The translations under genes were made by a program, and so were the position numbers. Under the pieces are notes generated by a model that worked only from the letters and a program-made list of their open reading frames with translations, was not told the DNA's origin and made no database searches. A stretch of DNA of 60,897 nucleotides, counting the filler, from Gonapodya sp. JEL0774 (Eukaryota): assembly GCA_027604505.1 (NCBI GenBank). It is 7 parts of 7 records of this genome, joined end to end, with 100 filler letters (N's around TTAATTAATTAA, not from the genome) between each part and the next. Parts side by side here need not be neighbours in the genome. Positions count along the whole stretch, not along the records: positions 8,780 to 17,408 come from JADIIX010000442.1; positions 17,509 to 26,130 come from JADIIX010000443.1; 5 more parts are not named here. One strand, written 5' to 3'. Of this stretch, positions 12,539 to 26,230 are shown one piece after another; the stretch's first letter is position 1, and each line of letters opens with the position of its first letter.

Positions 12539-14996
12539 CTACGCATCCCCCGTTTTGCTCTGTTCTTTTTCTTTTTCCCTCTCCTCTTCCCCTTTCCATG
12601 GCTCATACCTCGTCCGGTACGCTGTTCCGTAGTACACGATCCACGCCACCCCCGACGCACCAGCAAGGTGCAGCACGGCGTAAGCCGAGTATAGCGGACC
12701 GGCACCCAAGCTATCTTCCAAGGAGGTGATGAAAAGGGGGGTTACGGCGGCTGCGTGCAGGGGAGGAAAACAGAGTGCGGAGAGTGGTCGATGAAAAGGT
12801 GCGAGCTGTGGAGGAGAACACAATTCACGGGAGAGCGTACCAGCCATGTACCGCCAAAAATTGTTGACGCTCATCGTGGATGCTGACTCATCTGCGATGA
12901 CGGTAAAAAGTTAGCCGGCCAGATGTGTGTCTCGTCGCGTCCGATCTAGTAGTACTCACTCGGCCACAGCTCCACAAGATATGCGTTCGCAGAGGTGGAT
13001 ATCGAGAGCATGCCGTATCCAAGTAGGTACTGTCCGAAGGTTGGTATCATGAAATGGAGGTGTTGTTGGATACCCCATCCACTAATAAGACGACATCCAA
13101 GTGATCGCAAGCGAAATTGGTCAATCATCTCACTTGGGAGATGTGATCAAGTAGCATCTCCCGCAGTTACTCACTAGATCAATAATCCCAGTGGCAGCGA
13201 CACTGCCGAGACCCAGGTCGCCCTGAGTCGATCTTCAGGTACGTAGCGCCCGCCCACCCGACCTTGCTGGCCCCACTTCACGGCTCTATCGGCGTACCAT
13301 CCACCGATGAGCGAGCCGGTGATATTTCCGGAGGCGGTAGCAAGGACAACGAGACTGATTGAGCGGTGCCATGGAGGATGGTCACGGTGGAATGGTCGAA
13401 AGGACAGAAGGGTACGTTATATGCAAGTACGGGAGGTCAATCTGAGCCACGCCACTCACCCGATTTGAACCTCTGTGAAGCCGTACACCCGAGTATACTG
13501 ACGGGCAATTTGCGTGGAGACACCAAAGTTGGACGAGAAGAGTATGCAGACCCAAAAGGTTACGAGGGACACGAATGGAAATCGGAGCTTCCACATGGAG
13601 CTGAAGGCGTCTGAGATTCATATGCCGGAGTGAAGATTACAGTAAGTGGTGCGGCGACAGTGCTCGGGAATCTCACAAACGACTCACTCGGTTTCTTCTT
13701 GGCGACGGCTCCCTTGTTCAACGTCTCGGGCAAGAAGAAGTAAATGAACACGAGCAAGATGGCGCCGATAGCTGCCAGAAAGATAAAGCACCACCGCCAC
13801 CCGACGGTACTGGCGATGAGTCCGCCCAGCGGACCACCTACGTGAAAAGGAGGAACGATCATGTTGTTCCTTCGTTTTGTTCTACGGCAGTGAGCAGGAG
13901 GAAGTTACCTATGAATGGACCGATCATAGGTCCGAGATAGAACCATCCGACTTGGGATCAAAAGTAAGTTGGCGACCGTGAGAGTGGATCCACAGACAAG
14001 TCCCAGATCGCTGCTTCCAAGCTCGCCACTCACGAGCTTTACTTCTCTCCTCCTTTGGGAAAATGTCTGCGATCGTACCAACGCCAGTGGTGTTTACGGC
14101 AGATGCCCCAAATGACTGTAGGATTTTACAGCAAAGAATCGTGTGCGATTGCGGTAACGTAAGGAATCCGAGGGGATTGAGGACAGGAGTTGGAAAACAA
14201 CTTCACCGGAGGAAAAAATCACTTCTCTACGTACGGTGAAAAGCCGGCATACAAAGAGAAACCAGACGTTGGGTCTGGCGATGATATGTAATATGTGTCA
14301 GGGCCAAGATGTAAACACGACCGAGAAATCCTGTGAAGAGAAGTCCGACCGACTCACGAGAAGTACGATGCGATCGAAGCCAGGATGAAAATGATGAAAG
14401 AGATCAGGTACACTGGACGTCGTCCTGGTGCCCGGAAACGCATGGAGTCAGGGGCACAACCAACCGTCAACGGAGAGCACCGGAATGCACCCACCGTACA
14501 CATCCCCGACCGGCCCCCACACAATGAGCGGTGCAAAGCCCTGAAACAACACGTACACCGTCAGCGTCGCGTTGATTTCCACGTCGGAGCAGTTGAGCGC
14601 TTCTTGCAGTGTGACCAGTAAAGGGTTGTAGATGGACCCGCCGATGGGGCCGATGAGCATGCCGGTGGAGACGAGGATGAGGATCAAGGTGCGGTGGCGG
14701 GGTGTGAATTGAGGTGCGGTGGGGGTGGTGGTGGTCACTCCGGTGGATGACGATGTGGAGTGAGAGTCCTTGCTGGGCGGAACGTCATCTTTCGTGGCGG
14801 ACTCGGAAGAGAGCGTAAGCTCCTCTGGGAGATTCAGTACTGTGTTTTTCTCCGCTGGTGGCATATTGGAGCCACCGTCTCCCACTGGCGGCTTTGTCTC
14901 CACCGTCGATTCGATCCCGTCCACCACCGCCAGCCGTGGTTCCGAGTTCCCAAGCAACGGCTCGTCATCAGATCTGTGTGCCTTTGAAATCGACAT
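12539..14996 (-). CDS. MFS drug:H+ antiporter (DHA1-like), multi-exon
   Basis: SIYNPLL...INATLTVYVLFQGFAPLIVWGPVGDVY, GRRPVYLISF, GTIADIFPKEERSKA, GPMIGP and GWRWCFIFL..FFLPETL motifs. Confidence 0.9.
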
Positions 14997-15595
14997 TTTT
15001 TCGATGTCCGAGGGCGAGCAGGGAATCGGTGGAATGGGACGAGAAAGAATAATGTGGGGGAAGTGGGTCCATAGTGGTTTTGCTTCCGACAGGTTGCCGA
15101 CGGCCAAACACCGACAAACCACCCCACTCAAAACATGCAAAGTGCAACGCAACCGACCGGCCGTGCATGTGCAAGTGTGTGGAAGTCTAGTCTGAAATCC
15201 AGTTGGCAAATCCACGCAACCTCATGACGGTCCATTCCATCCTCCGGCGAATAGGTACACTACCAGGGACAAAGAAAACGCATGTTTACAGTAGCAACAA
15301 CAACCACGCGCTACCGCAATTTGGAAATTCATTCAACGGAGAGATGAAGTGGCTGCCACCCGGGATATTATTTGTATGCACGGTGGATTGAGTGACCAAA
15401 ACTTGCGAGTGCTGGATCGACGGTCAGAGTGTGGCCGCGTGGGGAAGGCTATGCGGCAGTGGGCAACAACGACCGGATCACGAATAAGTGCGCTCGTATT
15501 TCATCTCCACACGCTTTACACGGACCCTATCCCACCAGATCACCCATATCACCATCACCACGTCCACCCCCGTAACCCCCCAACCCCCCTTCCCT

Positions 15596-16534
15596 CTACT
15601 CATCCTCCGCGGTCCTCAGCTTCGCCCCCCCATTGATCACCCTGACGCCCAACTGCGCCGCCCGCTCGACAATCTTGACCCTGGTCCTTGCCGACACCGC
15701 GTGGGCGATCTCGGCGCAGTAGGACCGGTTGTGCATGAGCAAGAGGTCGATTTCTTGTGGGGATGTGACGGAGAATTTGTGGAAGCCGTTGGGGAGGAGG
15801 TGGCGGGTTTTGGAGTTGGAAGCGTAACTTTGGGGTTGGAGAGGGGGGGGGTTGGTAGGGGGGTTGCGCGGTGCGGGGTGGCGGTGAACGGTGGGGATGA
15901 GGAGGTGGAGGTGAAGTTAAGCGAAGACGAAGAGTGCGGCGTGGGGAAGGTGACGAATGGGAACACAGGACATGAACGTATTGAACGTACCCGATCTTGG
16001 GCAGAGGGATGTTGCCCCTGAAGCGACGGCGGGCGCGGTTATCGATACCGCGGGGACGGCGCCATGAGGTCTGTTTTGGGAGGGAGAGACGTGAAGGGGT
16101 GTGAAATGTTTGAGGGTGTTTACGAGACGGTACGGTACGGTAGCAAAACATGGATTTGGCAATTCCACGTAGCCGACAAAGAGTGACAGTGATGGATGGT
16201 CGGTAGTGCGTCGGTCGCAAGCACGGTGTCCCGAGTGTGTCCGTCGGACAAACAGACGGGTCCCAGCGCAATGGTTCGTTGCGCATGCCACCGTTACCAG
16301 CCGAATTGAGCAATTTGCGAACCAATATCCTCCCGTTCTGAGCACTATTCTGTCGAATGTCTCTTGAACACACTGCAGTCCATGTGCCGTAACCTCTTCC
16401 AACCCCAGTGCCGCCACTCTCCGTCGCATTAAACAACTTACAGGAACCCTCATGAACCGGTCCGAGTGGAACCGGTTGAACTTGCCGGTCCTCTTCTTGA
16501 CGATTTTCGTCTTGTTGATGGAAGTGACGGTCAT
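15596..16534 (-). CDS. RPL32: 60S ribosomal protein L32 (eL32), 3 coding exons
   Basis: [27 protein letters not shown] / [23 protein letters not shown] / [10 protein letters not shown]...[17 protein letters not shown]...AKLRTAEDE*. Confidence 0.95.
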
Positions 16535-17408
16535 TCTGGAGGATGGAGGGGTCGAGGGGATTGTCAGCCGGTGTGGGGTGAGGGATAACGAGGAGGAAGG
16601 TCCACGACCACCACAAGTCCCATCCATGCAGTTCAATCTATGCTTTGCGTGGTGATTCTGTCGTGGTCCTTCGAAGCCTTCCTGTCTGTCCCAGTCGTCT
16701 CCTCTGTCTATCTCGGTCTGTCTCTCCGGTTCACGCCGTCCCTGTGATTCTTCTTTCATCTGCGTATTCGTTTTCTTTCTTCTTCACCGTCGTGCATTGT
16801 CGCCATAGTCGCCTTTGTCTGCCGTGTGTGCGTCCGTGTCTGTTTTCGTCCATTTGCTCTCCCTCAGTGTTCCCTTCGCCATTCCCTCCCTTTGCCCACA
16901 TCCATCCACCGCTTGTCCCCCACCACACTGCCCATCCACCCATCCTGTGTACTCCTGCTCCCCTGCTCTCCCTCCGCTCCCACTCTGTTCCCCTTCTCAC
17001 CTCGCGTCGCTGTCCTGCTTCCTTCCGTCTGCCCGACCCCTCTTCAATCGGTGCACACCCCATCTGCCACATTCTTTGTGTCTCCGATTCCACCCACGTG
17101 GAGCGCATTCTCCTCAAAAGGCGCCTGGCAGTTGCTGAATCAATGCCTATGAATCCATATATGTAGCTCTGGGGCGAGTACCATCCCTCATCCGCTGGTG
17201 TCAATTCCACCGCCCCCCCACCCCCCCCTTCCCCCCGCGTGCCTCGAGATCCAAAAAATACATCCAAAATTTACTTTTGTCCAACGCAAATCCCGGGAAA
17301 GGCGGCAACAGTAGACCGAACGGAAAAAATTGCAAAACTACAGCACCCAGTATTCCCAGCTGATCTCTCACGCTAGTACTGACTGGGCTGTCACGGGCTT
17401 CGCTGCGC

Positions 17409-17508
17409 NNNNNNNNNNNNNNNNNNNNNNNNNNNNNNNNNNNNNNNNNNNNTTAATTAATTAANNNNNNNNNNNNNNNNNNNNNNNNNNNNNNNNNNNN
17501 NNNNNNNN
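17409..17508. other. Artificial contig spacer
   Basis: 44N-TTAATTAATTAA-44N. Confidence 0.99.
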
Positions 17509-18148
17509 GGTAGCATACCCCCGGGCATAATCGGGCTTATTGTTGCCGCAAGTGCGGTCGCATTATTGCTCGTGGTGGGATACTCATGGCGATGGGTTAA
17601 GCGAAAACCACGAACAGTGGAGAGCGATGTCGCCCCTGTAATGGAGAATCAACTCGGTGGAAGCCCAAAGGGCAGTCCCGTTCTTGTCGGCAAGCTGCCG
17701 CGGCCTGGTACGGGGACGAGCGCATATTCACTGTCGATTGCAGGAGAGCAGGCTCCACGGAGTATAGACGAACGAATGGTAATCCGAGCTGGTGAGTTCG
17801 TCTTCCTTGTGTTCATGCTGTGATCGGGAGCTCAACTGTCTGTCATAATCTCGAACTCATAAATTCTCCGACGCTCGTTCATGTGGTCTGATGTGTCCTT
17901 CTGCTGATCCCAACACCGAAGACCGCCCTTTTCCACGAGTGATACCTCGAAATTCATCCAACATATCACATGTGTCCGTACCCAGTCAGGCAAGCTCTCT
18001 CGCAACGACCAACGTGTCGGCCAACTCCCCGTCCACATCCTCCTCCGACAATTCAGCCTTTGCATTTCCTGGATCTCCTGTCCTCTCTGCGACTACGTCC
18101 CCACCGAATCCGCTCCCGGCACAAACCCCACCACCGCTTGGACAGTAG
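17509..18148 (+). CDS. Single-pass membrane protein, paralog 1 of 3 (5' truncated)
   Basis: TM GIIGLIVAASAVALLLVVGY followed by basic WRWVKRK. Intron donor GTGAGT at ~17792. Tail contains SSDNSAFAFPGSP. Confidence 0.65.
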
Positions 18149-18752
18149 GAGCAATTGACGTACTAATTTATTGTTACGATATCGATATGTACCACTCTGG
18201 TTACTTGCCAGAGCCTTACATACTTTTAGCAGTAGGGCAGGACCAATACGTGTTCTAATATGCGAACACGATCACTTATCAAGATATTTCCCTACATTGA
18301 ATATTTCATGAACGGAGTACGTCTGAGACCAGCCGGCTTTCTGCGCACAGAACATTCAGTGCAACTGACTTCACAAGGCGATACAAGAGCCACCATGCAG
18401 CTCACTTTCCACTTTTGTATTTTGAAAATTCGAACAAGGACAATGGTTTCATGGGCGCCACATGAGCCACTGGAGGCCACGGAACAAACATCGAAACCTC
18501 ACAGAGCCTCTGCTGGGAGGTCCCATCCAGCTTTGGAATCTCAATCATATTTCCGGGAGTCGGCGTGAATACATCTGCGTGCTCGGTGCTCGCGAATTGA
18601 TTCCAATCATCGCATCTGGCACCCTAGCGAACCTTGGTTGAGACGGTGCTGTCACTGTTCAACACCGTGCGATCGGTTGGGGCGGGCAAAGCTAGCAGTG
18701 CACTGCGAAGATCCGCGGAACGTCACCGCGTCAAAGGCGACACACAGATCCA

Positions 18753-19922
18753 ATGAATATCGAACGGCGCCAATATTGGTATCCTCCTCCGGGCGGCTGG
18801 CCGCCATATTATCCTTATCCACCTCCTCGAAGTCCACCACCCCCACCGCCCCACCCACCACCTCCACCACCTCCACCACCCCCGGCCCCATCTCCCCCAC
18901 CCCCGCCGCCGCCACCTCCGCCACCACCTCCCCCTCCTCCTCCCGCCCCTCCCCCCGCCCCTCCTCCCCCGCCTCCACCCTCGACTTCTCTCTCGCCTAC
19001 ACCTCCTCCATCCGTTCCACCTCCTGCATCAGTGACACTTCCACCTCCGTCAGCTAGCCCTCCGCCATCTTCTGCGTGGCAAGACCCTCTCACTCAAACT
19101 GGAGAATCCCGTCCAGATCAGACGACTACGACATATTCCTTCACCGTAACTGCAACTACTCCCATCAACGATTTGAGGGCGCACTCTGCGGCGGTCCTGA
19201 CTGTTTCCACGCCTTCCACAGTCGAGCTTCTACCAACTCTGGTGACCTTGTCCTCTGCAACAATCGATGGACAACAGCCGGTCACCTCTCCTCCTCTGTT
19301 GTTGAGCGCCGCACCTTCACCAGCGCCAGCAACGGGTGGCCTTCCCGGCGTGCTCATTGGAGTTATTGCCGGGGCATTGGCTATTGTGGCGTTATTGGCC
19401 GGGGCAATCGTTTGGAAGTTTAGCAGGCGGAAGCCAAAGAAAACTCGAGTTTCGGCGGTTACCAGAGGAAGCGGGAACGGCTCCGGAACTCTCAATCAGA
19501 ACACGGGATCCGCTTTATCCCTGCCTTCTGTTCCGGAGCAGCGGATGTCTCGTGCTTTTGTGCTGGGAGGTGAGTTGGGCACAGACCACGATGCAAAACC
19601 ATTAATTTTGCCCAGAGTGCAATTCACAAGCCATTCACAATGCTTCGTTGCTTTCTTGGTACTTCCGCTCTGCCCTGCTTGTTGCATTTATCCCACCTCA
19701 GATTTCCATCCTTTCGCACGCCTCGACCATGCGAGCCAATCTCATTTGGAGACTCGCGCGGCTGCAACCCACGGGCCAATCTCACTTGCAAAGTCTATCG
19801 TTTCAGTGGAGGCGCCTTCTGTGATCTCCTCGGACAACTCTTCCTTCGTCTTCCCCAACTCCCCTACTTTGGTTCCGACAAACGTAACGCCATCAATAAC
19901 TGTCCCAGCTCGGGTCTTGTAA
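18753..19922 (+). CDS. Poly-proline/Ser-Thr-rich single-pass membrane protein, paralog 2 of 3
   Basis: Extensin-like poly-Pro N-terminus, S/T stalk, TM GVLIGVIAGALAIVALLAGAIVW followed by KFSRRKPKK. Probable intron from 19570. Tail contains SSDNSSFVFPNSP. Confidence 0.7.
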   Translation: MNIERRQYWYPPPGGWPPYYPYPPPRSPPPPPPHPPPPPPPPPPAPSPPPPPPPPPPPPPPPPPAPPPAPPPPPPPSTSLSPTPPPSVPPPASVTLPPPSASPPPSSAWQDPLTQTGESRPDQTTTTYSFTVTATTPINDLRAHSAAVLTVSTPSTVELLPTLVTLSSATIDGQQPVTSPPLLLSAAPSPAPATGGLPGVLIGVIAGALAIVALLAGAIVWKFSRRKPKKTRVSAVTRGSGNGSGTLNQNTGSALSLPSVPEQRMSRAFVLGGELGTDHDAKPLILPRVQFTSHSQCFVAFLVLPLCPACCIYPTSDFHPFARLDHASQSHLETRAAATHGPISLAKSIVSVEAPSVISSDNSSFVFPNSPTLVPTNVTPSITVPARVL

Positions 19923-21042
19923 CAACTTGGGCGCGAGAAAAATTAATTGATTTTTCCTTGAACATGGTTTGGCGAGGACAGATGGAGCGATGGAAGGGGC
20001 GGGCCCTCTTCATGTAGTTTTTGACACCTTCATCTACGCTACTTCTGTCTATTATAATTGAAATTGAAAACAGTAGGTCACTCGAGAGAGTATATGACCA
20101 ATTGAAGGTAATATTGTACCTGCCCCACGATCGCCAAACTGTTCCGTTCTCCACATCCTTCAAGCATCAGGAAACGCGATTGACGTAACACGCATAAAAT
20201 ATGTGAAAGCGAATTGCCAGATTCAAAGTTTGAGCTCGGAGCTGGAGTCGGAGCCAATCACCCCTCACCACCTGAGATCACCCGACACAGTATGCACCAC
20301 TCCTGAACTAATGTCAACATTCGCTACTCCAAACGCAGCGACTACACAAGTATTGCACAGATACGGGGCCATTAACGCCAGATGCTCAAGCTCCGTGTAT
20401 GCGCGGGGACTTGCAAGGACATGCAATGACAAAGAACGAAGCCAAAGTCTCCGACTGATGTCCCCTCGAAACACCGCAAATCTCTTTTGTACACGCTGGA
20501 ATGAATGAATGAATTATGGGCTATCAAATATTTCAACATTTCCCATTTTTCCGAACTCACCAATCACATTCTTGCCTCATCATTCCGCCGTCTGTCCCTG
20601 GCCGAAGCGAACTCACTTTCTTCTGCCATCAAGCTCTCCGCAGACCAAACTGTGAGCCATCAGGGGTCGGATCGCCCTTGGACTTCTTTGATTCCCATCG
20701 TACAACGTGAACCGGGTTCGAGTGCTTCCCGATTTCGGCACTGGCGTAACTTTCTTGGCAGGCTCGTGCCCGGATTGACTGATAAACTTTTCCATCAAAA
20801 GCACATTTGATATGCCACGTCGACGTAGTGCGGATGTCGATGCATCTAGCACAGCTTTGTTTGGCACTGATGCCCCACTAGGGGACCTCGAATCTTCCTT
20901 GAGCACCCCTCTGGCCAGTGTTTACTTCAATGATGGAGGTGAGGTTCCAGAACAATACGAACCAGAAAACGCCTGCTCGTCGCCAAAGCTAACAGCGTCT
21001 CATCTCGTACGCATTCCCTTAGTTGCGACTGCAACGTCCGCC

Positions 21043-21978
21043 ATGGAAACACTGCTGTCGAACTTGATTGACAACACCTCCATTTCAACATCTCCTACAT
21101 CGACAACATTCTTTTCGGAATCTCCTATATCACGTCCAACATCATCACTCGCATCTACATCGCTGTACATGACGTCATCCACTTCCATCCCAGGCTCCGC
21201 ATCTCCAACAATTCAGACACTGGTGGCAATTTCTCACGTCTCTCTTTCCCCGATAGTAGTAGCGGCAATGGCAGCCAGCGCTGCCGTCCTCACACTGCTG
21301 GCTGGGATAGGGGTTTTCTGCGTCCTCCGGCGTACTCGATCGAGACCGAAAACAGAGCCATTTGAGATCGGTGGCTCATGGACAAAGCGGGAGACGTACA
21401 AGCGTGAGTGAACTTCGAGAGACGGGGGCAAACTCAGATGCCTGTTCATGGGTCAATGCGCTCAGCTCACATGTCTGGCATAATCTTGTTTGCATTCTTT
21501 AGCGGGAGATCCTCTAATCGTCCGAAACTTACCACCATCTCCTCCTCGTGCTTCACAACGCAGCCCTGGAGCTCTCATCGCTCATGTTCAAGCTCGGGCT
21601 CCAGCCACTCCACCCGAGCGTCTTCCGAATCGAATTCTTTCGGATCTCGCATCCACCAACTCGGACATGACTTCTCTGTCCTCTGACAACTCTTCATTTG
21701 TTTTCCCTATGTCCCCCACTTCCGAAACTCCCTCCCTTCCCGACAAATCCTGTGGAGCCGGCGACCCACAACAACTTCCGAATGGTCTTCTCGTCGAACC
21801 TCTCACCCGTCGTAAATCCAATCCACCAAGTACCCAGAGCAATCCAGAACCTCGTGTCAGGGTCTCCATGCAAGGTCCAGCTCTTGCGGTGGTGTTTCGA
21901 CTTGCAGAGCACCATACGCGATCAAAGCTGACGTGGAAGGTCCCGTCCCCACCAGTCAGGAAGGGAAGCGGGAGGTGA
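21043..21978 (+). CDS. Ser/Thr-rich single-pass membrane protein, paralog 3 of 3
   Basis: S/T stalk, TM IVVAAMAASAAVLTLLAGIGVFCVL followed by RRTR. Intron ~21404-21502. Tail contains SSDNSSFVFPMSP. An upstream start at 20812 is possible. Confidence 0.65.
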
Positions 21979-22538
21979 TTTGAACGTCAGGATGTGTAAT
22001 ATTTTAATGCGTGGGAGAGATGGTATTATGGAGTCACGGAGGCGTAATGGATGGCACGTATTTCGTTCCTCGTTATGAAATTGAGCACACATCACTTTGA
22101 GGGGTCAAGTCTAGTTCTCGTCACAATTCAAGTAATCGTAATCTGGCAACGAATCCTTGTAACAATACGTCTGTTGAAATAATTTTAACTCCGAGCCAAC
22201 GCTGAATTTGTTAAGACTGTTTATATGACGCAATCTCACTGCAGATGCGATGATTCCTTGGGTTCGAACTTTTCTTTCATCATCTCGTGTATAATTTCGG
22301 TCCCGCCGCGAGAAGACGGAAATGCACGCGAAAATTAACAGAGCACTCACCGAGGATTTGATTGACACGTTCTTCCCTGCCTCTCGTCACTTCCTCGTGT
22401 AAACAGTGAATCTCACGGGATACGCGCTGATAGGCGCCTGCCCACCCAATTGGAGTGGGTGCGAAGCACCGGTTGATTGTTTTACCGGGCTTGTCCGTGC
22501 CCCTCTGACACAGGACTGCTCGCATCCACCCACCTAAA

Positions 22539-23622
22539 ATGGGCCAGCTGTTCCCAGACATCACCGACACGCTCAAGGCATTCATTCTCAAGCAGAAACT
22601 GTTTTTCGTAGCATCAGCCCCTCTGAGCCGATCGGGGAAGGTCAATGTATCGCCGAAAGTTCGTATTTTCGAGTCCGGCACGTAAAACCTTGAATACACG
22701 CTTCTCAAATCTATTCTGGCCAGGGTTATGACACTCTTCGCATCCTCTCTGCTACGAAACTGTACTACCTTGATCTCACTGGCTCTGGGGTTGAAACTGT
22801 TGCTAACATGAAGGAAAACGGGCGAATCACACTCATGTGGATCTCTTTCGACAAGGCACCGCAAATCGTCCGGTGAGTACGATAGCCAATGATTGCTGTT
22901 GTTCACTGCATGATCATCAGGGTGATTTTGTGGCCAAATCGTGACAGAGTCTGGGGTCAAGGTCGCGCGGTCGAGGCAGGGACTCCTGAATATGAGGAGT
23001 TGGTTGAGTAAGTTGCATTGCTTTATTTTTGATGGTGTGCTCTACTGCTCACTTTGACCGAAGGCCGGCCCACAAGGCGTTACCCGGCGCTCGTGCAGCC
23101 ATCGTTGTGGATGTCTTGATGACGGGGAACTCGTGCGGATACTCGGTGCCATTCTTTGAATTCAAAGCTGAGCGGACCTTGCTGCTGGATCGCGCGTACA
23201 AGAGGGTGGAGAACGTTGGTAACGTGGTTTCGTTTTTGCATTTCCGATGAACGGAATGTTGCGAAACAACCATCTCTCCCTCAATTTTCGATGGAAATCT
23301 TTCTCCAGGACCCACACGACATAAAGTATCACACCATGGCTAACAGTGAGCTATCCATTGATATGCAAACTCAAATCATCTGACAGGGCGACCAAGCGCT
23401 ACTTTCCTTCCTCACTCGAATCTGCCAGTGTGGAGCCTCAACGACCTTGTTGGACTCGAGCATCTGCTTCCCAAGACGGCCGCTTGGTACGTGAGACGGT
23501 ACGCACTGTCCATTTTGGACCGTGAAACACTGTTGTGGGGTGCCGAACGGGTGGCGTGGATGGCACTGGGAGCTGTCGCGGCTGTTAGCATTGTGAGAAA
23601 AGTATCCAGGAGTGGTGCTTGA
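22539..23622 (+). CDS. Pyridoxamine 5'-phosphate oxidase-like FMN-binding split-barrel protein, multi-exon
   Basis: MGQLF...KQKLFFVASAPLSRSGKVNVSPK|G...YLDLTGSGVETVANMKENGRITLMWISFDKAPQIVR, SCGYSVPFFEF, plus a C-terminal hydrophobic anchor. Confidence 0.88.
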
Positions 23623-23902
23623 AGAAATGTTGGATGCTGTGCTCTGCTGTCACATTATGCCGAGATGGAATGTATTGGTACTAGTTATCATTTCTTTGCT
23701 CCGGTGCGTATTTTGGTATGCATGGGGGGCTTGGCCGACGAGGAAATACACCCAGTAAATAGTGCGGAAGCAGCATGCGGATGTGCTTGGATCACTCCGG
23801 AAAAATAGAAATTGAGCCGGTGCCGTGGAATATGATGAGCCGAACACCGAATACCGTGACGTGCAGCCGACAAACTCGCTCTTCCCAACTATTATCGACA
23901 AC

Positions 23903-26125
23903 ATGTCGACCCTCTGGGATCTGCTCACCTTGACAAATGTTTTCTCTGCACTCTGCATACTTTATGTTACACGCCGACTGCTATTTTTCTACGACAATTT
24001 CGTGGTGTCGCCGTTGCGAGTTTTGCCGGTTGAGTGGAAATACTGGCTATTTCCCCCGCTGGGGATCTTACTCGGCCTGAAGGGGAAAGGGTTTCTGATG
24101 CTCAACGAGATGCACAGAAGGGGTGGGAGTGTGGTCAGGTGAGTCAGCGAGTCACATCGTTGTTCGTTCCCTGTCTGATTCACTTAATTGCTGCCTGTAG
24201 GCTCGGAGCGAGTGTCATATCTGTCGCAGATCCGCAGATTGCACATCAAGTACGATTGAGTCTGCTCGGTGGTGGAACTGCAATCTGACCGTGCATGGGT
24301 TCAATATGGCAGATTCTCAAAATAGCGGACTTCCCAAAGCCCAAAATGGTTTATGAGCGATTTAAAAACTTCAAGTCGGTGCGTTGTCTTGATTTCTATT
24401 TCATTCGCATTTCGGCAGTGGGGGTACAAGGAAGACAATCAACGTTCATGCCCTATTCCGTTGATCTACATCTCCCTCACAGGACCCGGACAACATTTTC
24501 GTCACGACCTCCAAACCGTTTCACAAGCGAGCTCGTAGACTTGTCACACCAGCGTTCTCCATCAAGTACCTGAACAACCTGGAACCATTCATGTACCCGG
24601 CCTGGCAAACTTTTGAGAACAAGGTCAGGTCGATGCCGGCAAATGGCAACGGATGGGTGACAGTGGATGTTCAAGATTATTTTCAGGTGAGGGAAAGACT
24701 ATTGCGATCCCACAATATACAGGAAATACCGAGTTCATGCATCGTCTGGTCTGTATTTGGTACTTCCTCACTAGAACATGGCATTCGATATCATCGGAGA
24801 AACGGCATTTGGTGCATCCTTTGGAATGGTTGAGACAGGTATTTTCGAAAATTTGAGTTTGAGCGCACTCCGCGCATCGAGCACTACTCATTACGAATGA
24901 CCTTTTTGCGATAATTTATAGGTCATCACCCCCTCCTCGCCGCCCGTCGAGCCATCTTCCGCTTTGCCATCATGAAACTCATGTTTCCCATACTCAGTTT
25001 CATTGACTATCGCCTCCTACCTATAAGAAAATCGGTGGACCTTCAAAGAAGTTCACTCGAGAAAGTCTACACAGACCGTATCGCGCTCAATGGTCGTGGT
25101 GAACGCCGAGACGATATTTTGCAGATGTTGCTGGACTACAGGGATCCGGAAACGGGAGGGAAACTCACTCCACCCGAGATCGCCACCACCACGAGTATTT
25201 TCAACGCCGCTGGCAGTGAGACCACCGCCAACTCCATGACTTGGGTCACATACTTCCTCGTCAAGTATCCCTCCGTTATGGCAAAGCTTCAAAGAGAACT
25301 AGATGCAGCGTTTCCCGATGGACTCACCGAGCAACTCGAACTCGCGAAGCTCAAATCCTTGCCTTATTTGGACGCTGTCATCAAAGAGGCTATGAGGATG
25401 AGACCAGTGGCGCCGGGGATCGCGAGAGAGGCGCCCGAGGACACAGTGTTCACTGTGCATGGCCCGGATGGGAATCAGAGTCAGGTTTTTTTACCCGCTG
25501 GGACGTTGGTGGGTTATCCTGCTTGTTGATGTCACGGTTCGTGGACACACTAGTGAAAGTCCGTGAATCATGCAGATCGAAGTTTCGTTCTTTTCAATAC
25601 ATCGGAGTCCCCAGAGTGAGTCGGCGTCGGATCAACGATCCAAAGGTCTAAACCGTTCGCTTACCGGTCCTTCATTTCTGCACTAGTCTGGCTCCGTCCC
25701 GATGACTTTCTTCCTGAACGGTGGCTGGAAGGATCTGCCAACACCCAAGACGAGGAAGCATGGGGAGTTCAAGCCCAACATAAAGACGCAATCGTGGACA
25801 AATCTAGTGCCACATGGGGGAAACCTAAGATGGTCAATCGAGATGCTTTTTGGCCGTTTTCGGCTGGTTCGAGGTGTGTTCTTGGTGATGTGCTTGCAAT
25901 GGGTTGGGGCAAGTCTGCTCAACGTCCTATCGTTCACTCAGAGACTGCATCGGCAAGAACTTTGCACTCAACGAAATGCGCATCATACTGGGTCACCTTG
26001 TCCGAAGGTTCGATTTGGTCGCTGGGTTCGATACCGGGGAGGAGATTGAGGGGGCGACTTTCATCACCTTATCAGCAGATAAGAAGGGTGGCTTGCAAGT
26101 GAAGTTGAAGCCGAGGAAAGCGTAA
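23903..26125 (+). CDS. Cytochrome P450, multi-exon
   Basis: N-terminal anchor, I-helix AAGSETT, ExxR (EAMR), FLPERW and heme motif FSAGSR|DCIG. Confidence 0.95.
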
Positions 26126-26130
26126 CTTTG

Positions 26131-26230
26131 NNNNNNNNNNNNNNNNNNNNNNNNNNNNNNNNNNNNNNNNNNNNTTAATTAATTAANNNNNNNNNNNNNN
26201 NNNNNNNNNNNNNNNNNNNNNNNNNNNNNN
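26131..26230. other. Artificial contig spacer
   Basis: 44N-TTAATTAATTAA-44N. Confidence 0.99.

Noticed and set aside
16074..16440. Possible snoRNA or regulatory structure in the long RPL32 intron
   Set aside because: Some local complementarity, but no convincing C/D or H/ACA box arrangement.
18815..19093. Gly-rich minus-strand ORF (and similar ORFs at 52384-53379 on the + strand)
   Set aside because: These are antisense shadows of Pro-rich, GC-rich sequence.
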